A stretch of 64,000 nucleotides of DNA, from the NCBI GenBank assembly GCA_039986635.1, contig JBDWQI010000157.1, forward strand, positions 321,609-385,608, in the 5' to 3' direction. Below, piece after piece: positions 59,100 to 64,000 of the stretch. Numbering within the stretch: the first letter of the stretch is position 1; each line of letters starts with the position of its first letter. This stretch comes from Sulfitobacter sp. Lineage in GTDB: Bacteria > Pseudomonadota > Alphaproteobacteria > Rhodobacterales > Rhodobacteraceae. The translations under genes and the position numbers were made by a program. The notes beneath the pieces were generated by a model. It saw only the letters and a program-made list of their open reading frames with translations. It searched no databases and had not been told where the DNA came from.

Positions 59100-59131
59100 C
59101 CCTTACGGCCCCAACCAAGGAGGGCTGTTTG

Positions 59132-59491
59132 ATGCCTGCCTATATGCTGAAACATCGTGGATTTCCCGGACGCCTGCCGGGCACCGATTTTCAATTCACT
59201 ATCCGCCGCCCCAATCCCAAAGGCGTCACTCCCATCACCCGGCGTGAACGACGCTCTGATCGTCGCCCCCCTGATCGGCGTGCAGATGCGGCGTTTATGA
59301 AAGCGCTGTGGGATCAGTTTGGCGCGCATCCCTTTGAACGTGGGAACCTAGACGCAGGTCGCCTTAGCTGGCTCTTTGGGCGCGAGGTTTTACCTGCGAC
59401 TGACCCCTTTGATCCTGCACATTATGAATCCTTGCTGGTGATCAACGAAGCCCTGGCGCGCGCCTCTTTTCCTGAAAGCTTTGAGGGGTAA
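59132..59491 (+). CDS. Conserved hypothetical protein
   Basis: MPAYMLKHRGFPGRLPGTDFQFTIRR...GNLDAGRLSWLFGREV; RBS AAGGAGG. Confidence 0.65.
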   Translation: MPAYMLKHRGFPGRLPGTDFQFTIRRPNPKGVTPITRRERRSDRRPPDRRADAAFMKALWDQFGAHPFERGNLDAGRLSWLFGREVLPATDPFDPAHYESLLVINEALARASFPESFEG

Positions 59492-59813
59492 TCGGCGTGA
59501 TTTTGCTGCACCCTTTGTCAGATGAGCAAGGCCTGGCCGAATTTGGCGGCTCTACCGGCGCTGTCTTGGCAGATCTCGCATCCCGCGTCAGGGTGGGCAG
59601 CGTTGGATGCGCTTCTCCTCAGAGGACGCCTTTGACACACCAAAACCATACCCCTTCCCCTCTGGGGCAGTACGACACTGCGTTGTCTGTGCTGCCCCGT
59701 CTTTTTGCATGTCTACAGTCGGGAAGGGCGGTCACACCGTCTAGGCCCGGCTTGGAACGACGCATGCGTTTCCCTGTTGGTTCTGGACCCATGAGCAGAC
59801 AAGGAAGACCAAA

Positions 59814-60020
59814 ATGCCACTCAAAACGATTACACTTGCCCTCCTCACCTGCGCCAGCCTTGCCGCTTGCGGTGACACGCTGCCAGAACAAGGGCTTGGC
59901 GGGGCAGCCGTTGGCGCTGGTGCAGCGGCCCTCACCAGTGGCAGCCTTATCCAAGGCGCCGCCATTGGCGCGGCGGGAAACATCGCCTACTGCCAACTCA
60001 ACCCCGGCAAATGTAACTAA
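59814..60020 (+). CDS. Small glycine-zipper lipoprotein
   Basis: Lipobox SLAAC; GGAAVGAGAA...GAAIGAAG. Confidence 0.75.
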   Translation: MPLKTITLALLTCASLAACGDTLPEQGLGGAAVGAGAAALTSGSLIQGAAIGAAGNIAYCQLNPGKCN

Positions 60021-60131
60021 CCCCCGGCGTTTCACGCGCCGCCCAGGCCGCGCCCAATTTCATAGCCCCGCTCAGCGCCCGCTGACGCGGGGTTTTCGCA
60101 TTCCCGTATTCAAGACCCAAAAGGACACCCC

Positions 60132-62177
60132 ATGTTCAAGAAAATCCTGATTGCCAACCGCGGCGAAATCGCCTGCCGGGTGATTAAGACCGCCCGCAAA
60201 ATGGGTCTGACCTCTGTGGCGATTTATTCAGATGCGGATGCTCAGGCGCTGCATGTCCAGATGGCGGATGAGGCCATTCATATTGGCCCGCCTCCGGCGA
60301 ACCAATCTTATATCGTCATCGACAAAATGATGGCCGCGATCAAAGAAAGCGGCGCGCAAGCGGTACATCCGGGGTATGGCTTCCTCTCGGAAAATGCCAA
60401 ATTTGCCGAAGCGCTTGAAGCCGAAGGCGTGGCGTTTGTCGGCCCGCCCGTTGGTGCAATTGAAAAGATGGGGGACAAAATCACCTCCAAAAAGATCGCA
60501 CAAGAAGCCGGGGTCAGCACGGTCCCCGGCTACATGGGGCTGATCGAAGACGCTGATGAAGCGGTCAGGATTTCCAATGATGTCGGGTATCCGGTGATGC
60601 TCAAGGCCTCTGCTGGTGGTGGCGGCAAAGGCATGCGGATTGCGTGGAACGACGCAGAAGCCCGCGAGGGGTTCCAGTCATCCAAGAATGAAGCGGCAAA
60701 CAGCTTTGGGGACGACCGCATATTTATCGAGAAGTTCGTTACCCAACCACGCCACATCGAAATTCAGGTGCTGTGCGATGCCCATGGCAACGGTATTTAT
60801 CTGGGTGAACGGGAATGTTCGATCCAACGACGAAACCAGAAAGTGGTTGAGGAGGCGCCGTCACCGTTTCTGGATGACGCGACCCGCAAAGCCATGGGAG
60901 AGCAGGCGGTCGCGCTTGCGCAAGCGGTGGGGTATACCTCTGCGGGTACGGTGGAATTCATCGTAGACGGGGACAAAAATTTCTATTTCCTCGAAATGAA
61001 CACCCGTTTGCAGGTGGAACACCCGGTCACCGAATTGATCACCGGCGTTGATCTGGTCGAACAGATGATCCGCATCGCAAACGGTGAAAAGCTGAGCATC
61101 CGCCAAAGCGATGTCACTCTCACCGGTTGGTCCATTGAAAATCGGCTATATGCCGAAGATCCTTATCGCGGCTTTCTGCCCTCCATTGGCCGTCTGACCC
61201 GCTATCGCCCTCCACAGGAACGCGCCGCAGGACCGCTGTCGGACACTGGCAAATGGGCGGATCAAGCGCCCAGAGCCGCCACAGCCGTGCGCAACGATAC
61301 CGGCGTCTACGAAGGGGGCGAAATTTCGATGTATTACGATCCTATGATCGCCAAACTTTGCACCTGGGCGCCCACGCGGGCCGAAGCGATTGAACAAATG
61401 CGCGTTGCCCTTGATGGATTCGAAGTGGAAGGTATTGGTCACAACCTTCCGTTCCTTTCGGCTGTGATGGATCATCCGATCTTTATCGACGGCACCATGA
61501 CCACCGCCTTCATCGAAGAACAATATCCTGATGGATTTGAGGGCGTTGAACTGGCAGAAGCAGAGTTACGCCGGATTGCTGCGGCCACCGCAGCGATGCA
61601 CCGGGTTGGCGAAATCCGTCGGGCGCGCGTGTCTGGCCGGATGGACAATCATGAACGCAAAGTCGGGACGCAGTGGAATGTCACTTTGCAGGAACACTCC
61701 TTTGATGTGGTGATTGAGGCGGATCAGGGCGGCGCAACCGTGCTGTTTGATGACGCAAGCAGTTTGCGTGTGTCTGGCGATTGGACACCGGGTGATCAGC
61801 TGGCTGAAATGACAGTGAATGATGCGCCTTTGGTGATGAAGGTTGGCAAAATTTCCGGCGGGTTCCGCATTCGCACACGTGGTGCTGACCTGCGCGTCCA
61901 TACCCGCAGCCCCCGACAGGCTGAATTGGCCCGCAAGATGCCCCAGAAGGTCGCGCCAGATACCTCTAAAATGCTGTTGTGTCCGATGCCGGGGCTTATT
62001 GTGAAAATGGATGTCGCAGTGGGCGACGAAGTGCAGGAAGGTCAGGCATTGTGCACGATCGAGGCGATGAAGATGGAAAACATCTTGCGAGCTGAGAAAA
62101 AGGGCCGTGTGTCCAAGGTCAACGCCGGGGCCGGGGACAGCCTTGCTGTGGATGACGTGATCATGGAGTTTGAATAA
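60132..62177 (+). CDS. pccA: Propionyl-CoA carboxylase alpha chain (biotin carboxylase + BCCP)
   Basis: ILIANRGEIA, KASAGGGGKG, RECSIQRRNQK, EMNTRLQVEH, EAMKM. Confidence 0.95.
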   Translation: MFKKILIANRGEIACRVIKTARKMGLTSVAIYSDADAQALHVQMADEAIHIGPPPANQSYIVIDKMMAAIKESGAQAVHPGYGFLSENAKFAEALEAEGVAFVGPPVGAIEKMGDKITSKKIAQEAGVSTVPGYMGLIEDADEAVRISNDVGYPVMLKASAGGGGKGMRIAWNDAEAREGFQSSKNEAANSFGDDRIFIEKFVTQPRHIEIQVLCDAHGNGIYLGERECSIQRRNQKVVEEAPSPFLDDATRKAMGEQAVALAQAVGYTSAGTVEFIVDGDKNFYFLEMNTRLQVEHPVTELITGVDLVEQMIRIANGEKLSIRQSDVTLTGWSIENRLYAEDPYRGFLPSIGRLTRYRPPQERAAGPLSDTGKWADQAPRAATAVRNDTGVYEGGEISMYYDPMIAKLCTWAPTRAEAIEQMRVALDGFEVEGIGHNLPFLSAVMDHPIFIDGTMTTAFIEEQYPDGFEGVELAEAELRRIAAATAAMHRVGEIRRARVSGRMDNHERKVGTQWNVTLQEHSFDVVIEADQGGATVLFDDASSLRVSGDWTPGDQLAEMTVNDAPLVMKVGKISGGFRIRTRGADLRVHTRSPRQAELARKMPQKVAPDTSKMLLCPMPGLIVKMDVAVGDEVQEGQALCTIEAMKMENILRAEKKGRVSKVNAGAGDSLAVDDVIMEFE

Positions 62178-62322
62178 CGTCCATGATCACAGCGCTTTGG
62201 ACAAACCACTGGCGAAAAACCCGCTGCCCCGACGGGCCATGGTTTGATCTATGCGCGCGTGGCGTTTCTTTTGTCAGCGCGGTGGCTTTTCAACCAGTCC
62301 CCAAAGACCATGCAATGATGCC

Positions 62323-62778
62323 TCAGTTGTCAGGCAAGAGAGCCTTTTCCTCGCGGATTTCAAGAACCCGCAGAGGCATTTTATCTATGCTTCGGCTGAT
62401 TTCGCGCACATTCCAGGGAAAGGGTTTGCGCAATTTGTTGCCACCATCTTTGCCCACCAACACCAGCATAAATCCCCTTGGCCGCATTTTCAGCCGCAAA
62501 GCAGAGCGCGCGGCGGGGTCCGTATCGGTTAACACAATCACGTCCCGCGTGCGCAACGCGTCTTCGCGCGCGTGCAACAATTCAAGCTGTTCAATAAACG
62601 CAGGGTCATCCGCACTGTCTGCAAAGACCAAAACAGGCCGTTTTTTCCAGCGAAATTCGTCTAAATTGTCCATATCTGCCGGTGCAAAGAGGGGCTCAGC
62701 ATCGGGAAATGCCGGTTCCTCTGCGCTGGCTCCAAGCGGGATTAGTGCCGCAAAAACAAAGGGGATGAGGCGTTTCAT
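62323..62778 (-). CDS. DUF4174 exported protein
   Basis: WKKRP.LVFA, RD.IVL, LVGKDGG.K, IDKMP.R..E. Confidence 0.8.
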   Translation of the reverse strand: MKRLIPFVFAALIPLGASAEEPAFPDAEPLFAPADMDNLDEFRWKKRPVLVFADSADDPAFIEQLELLHAREDALRTRDVIVLTDTDPAARSALRLKMRPRGFMLVLVGKDGGNKLRKPFPWNVREISRSIDKMPLRVLEIREEKALLPDN

Positions 62779-62946
62779 AAGGTCTCCTGTTGCCTCAGAT
62801 ATAAGCTTGGTTTCGCAAAATGCGATGGTAAATCAACCATTCCAGCGCATTAAGTGTGTTGCAAGGGGTTCTGAGGCATGACCTGTGCTATCCCCGCAGC
62901 TTTGCCGAACGGGGCGGCGCTTATGAACAGGTTTGCTCGTACCCTG

Positions 62947-63882
62947 ATGGATGTGATCTTACACCTTGGTGCACACCGCACTGCAACCACCACGTTTCAA
63001 CGCTATTTGCAGGACCATCGCGATGATCTGGCCAAGCGGGCGGTGGGTTTTTGGGACTTAAAGCGGGTCCGTAAGGATATCTTTCCGGGCTTGTTTCGCA
63101 ACTCAGCTGCGCCAAAGGGGCGCAATGTTTCGCAACGCGCTCAAGGTCGGATCAAACTGCATGCCGAATATGAACGTCAAAACGGTGTCAAACAGTTGCT
63201 GATCAGCGATGAAAATTTCTTGGGCAGGCCCATTGAAAATCTACGGTCAGGGCGGCTTTATCCCGGCGCTGGTGAACGTACTGCGCGGATTTCAGCTGCG
63301 TTTTCCGAAGAGATCCGGCGCATTGTGATCAGCATTCGCTCCCAAGACCTGTGGTGGGCGTCGACAGCAGCACTTACGGTGATGCGCGGCCATGCCGTGC
63401 CTTCGCCCGCCCGGTTTGAGGCGATTTCAAAGGATAAGCGAACTTGGCGGGATGTGATCACTGATCTGGCCTGTGCGGCCCCCAGTGCCGAGATCATCGT
63501 CGTGCCCTTCGAAAATGCGCCGGGATATCCCAATCGCCTGTTAGGTGCTGCTTTGGAGGGGGATGTGCCAACCGACAAAAACCGGCGCTGGCTGAATGCA
63601 TCCGCTGGTGTACAGACCTTGCGGGCCGAAGTGATCGCGCGCGGCGAAAACCCCGATCTAATCCCTGACAGCTATGGCCGCTGGTTGCCCTTCAATCAGG
63701 AACAAGCCGCAAGATTACGGGAAAACTACGCGGATGATTTGTACTGGCTGACAGCCGGGGCAGATGGTCTTGCCACATTGACACAGGATACGCGCCCCAA
63801 AAGAGCAGACAAAAGTCGGCCAATGGGCGAGATGAACAAAGGACAAGAACATGACAAAGGACAATTGGCGCAGTACCGCTGA
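62947..63882 (+). CDS. Hypothetical P-loop/sulfotransferase-like protein
   Basis: ILHLGAHRTATTTFQ, ISDEN. Confidence 0.55.
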   Translation: MDVILHLGAHRTATTTFQRYLQDHRDDLAKRAVGFWDLKRVRKDIFPGLFRNSAAPKGRNVSQRAQGRIKLHAEYERQNGVKQLLISDENFLGRPIENLRSGRLYPGAGERTARISAAFSEEIRRIVISIRSQDLWWASTAALTVMRGHAVPSPARFEAISKDKRTWRDVITDLACAAPSAEIIVVPFENAPGYPNRLLGAALEGDVPTDKNRRWLNASAGVQTLRAEVIARGENPDLIPDSYGRWLPFNQEQAARLRENYADDLYWLTAGADGLATLTQDTRPKRADKSRPMGEMNKGQEHDKGQLAQYR

Positions 63883-64000
63883 GGCCGAACTACGGGGGCG
63901 CCCGCTAGAGGATCTGACCTGGAAAACCCTTGAAGGGATCGACGTCCAACCTGTCTATGGTCCTGATGATCTTGAGGGGCTGGACCATGTTGGCCCGATG
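63851..64000 (+). CDS. scpA: Methylmalonyl-CoA mutase (5' fragment)
   Basis: Hand translation MTKDNWRSTAEAELRGRPLEDLTWKTLEGIDVQPVYGPDDLEGLDHVGPM; follows pccA. Confidence 0.85.
   Translation, partial: MTKDNWRSTAEAELRGRPLEDLTWKTLEGIDVQPVYGPDDLEGLDHVGPM

Noticed and set aside
58428-59329. ORFs 58428-59132 (+) and 58922-59329 (-) encoding TRTSGVTSV / VRVTEVTPE repeats
   Set aside because: They stay open only because the 27-bp unit is a multiple of 3, and they overlap a better-supported lipoprotein and the 59132 gene
59497-60150. 217-aa ORF spanning the pccA upstream region
   Set aside because: Low-complexity Pro/Arg/Ser-rich translation that overlaps a credible lipoprotein and a terminator-like hairpin (59666-59700)

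Overview
GC-rich alphaproteobacterial chromosome segment. Gene content and order (gatCA, rnpB, rpmG, mgtE, betI-betC-betA, pccR-bcr-pccB-pccA-mcm) point to a Roseobacter-group member of the Rhodobacteraceae; this is inferred, not database-checked. 1-14 kb is accessory and nitrogen-scavenging: a partial, probably secreted protein with a lysozyme-like domain (missed by the ORF track), a PAS/sigma54-type activator divergent from a cyanate/nitrate ABC-DUF1348-cynS operon with readable enhancer and -24/-12 elements, and a GntR-controlled ABC transporter plus hydantoin racemase. 14-49 kb is mostly core genes, but includes a DUF2946-like RAPP leader upstream of a YcnI copper protein. 49.1-52.2 kb is a decayed, rearranged Mu-like element (MuB, GemA, gpT, I/Z protease, Mor-like, gp27-like) bounded by 24-bp direct repeats. 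It lies next to an amino-acid ABC transporter, between pccR and bcr-pccB. 56-64 kb is the propionyl-CoA carboxylase/methylmalonyl-CoA mutase cluster, with small lipoproteins, a REP-like doublet and a 27-bp tandem hairpin array. All family calls come from recognising motifs by eye.
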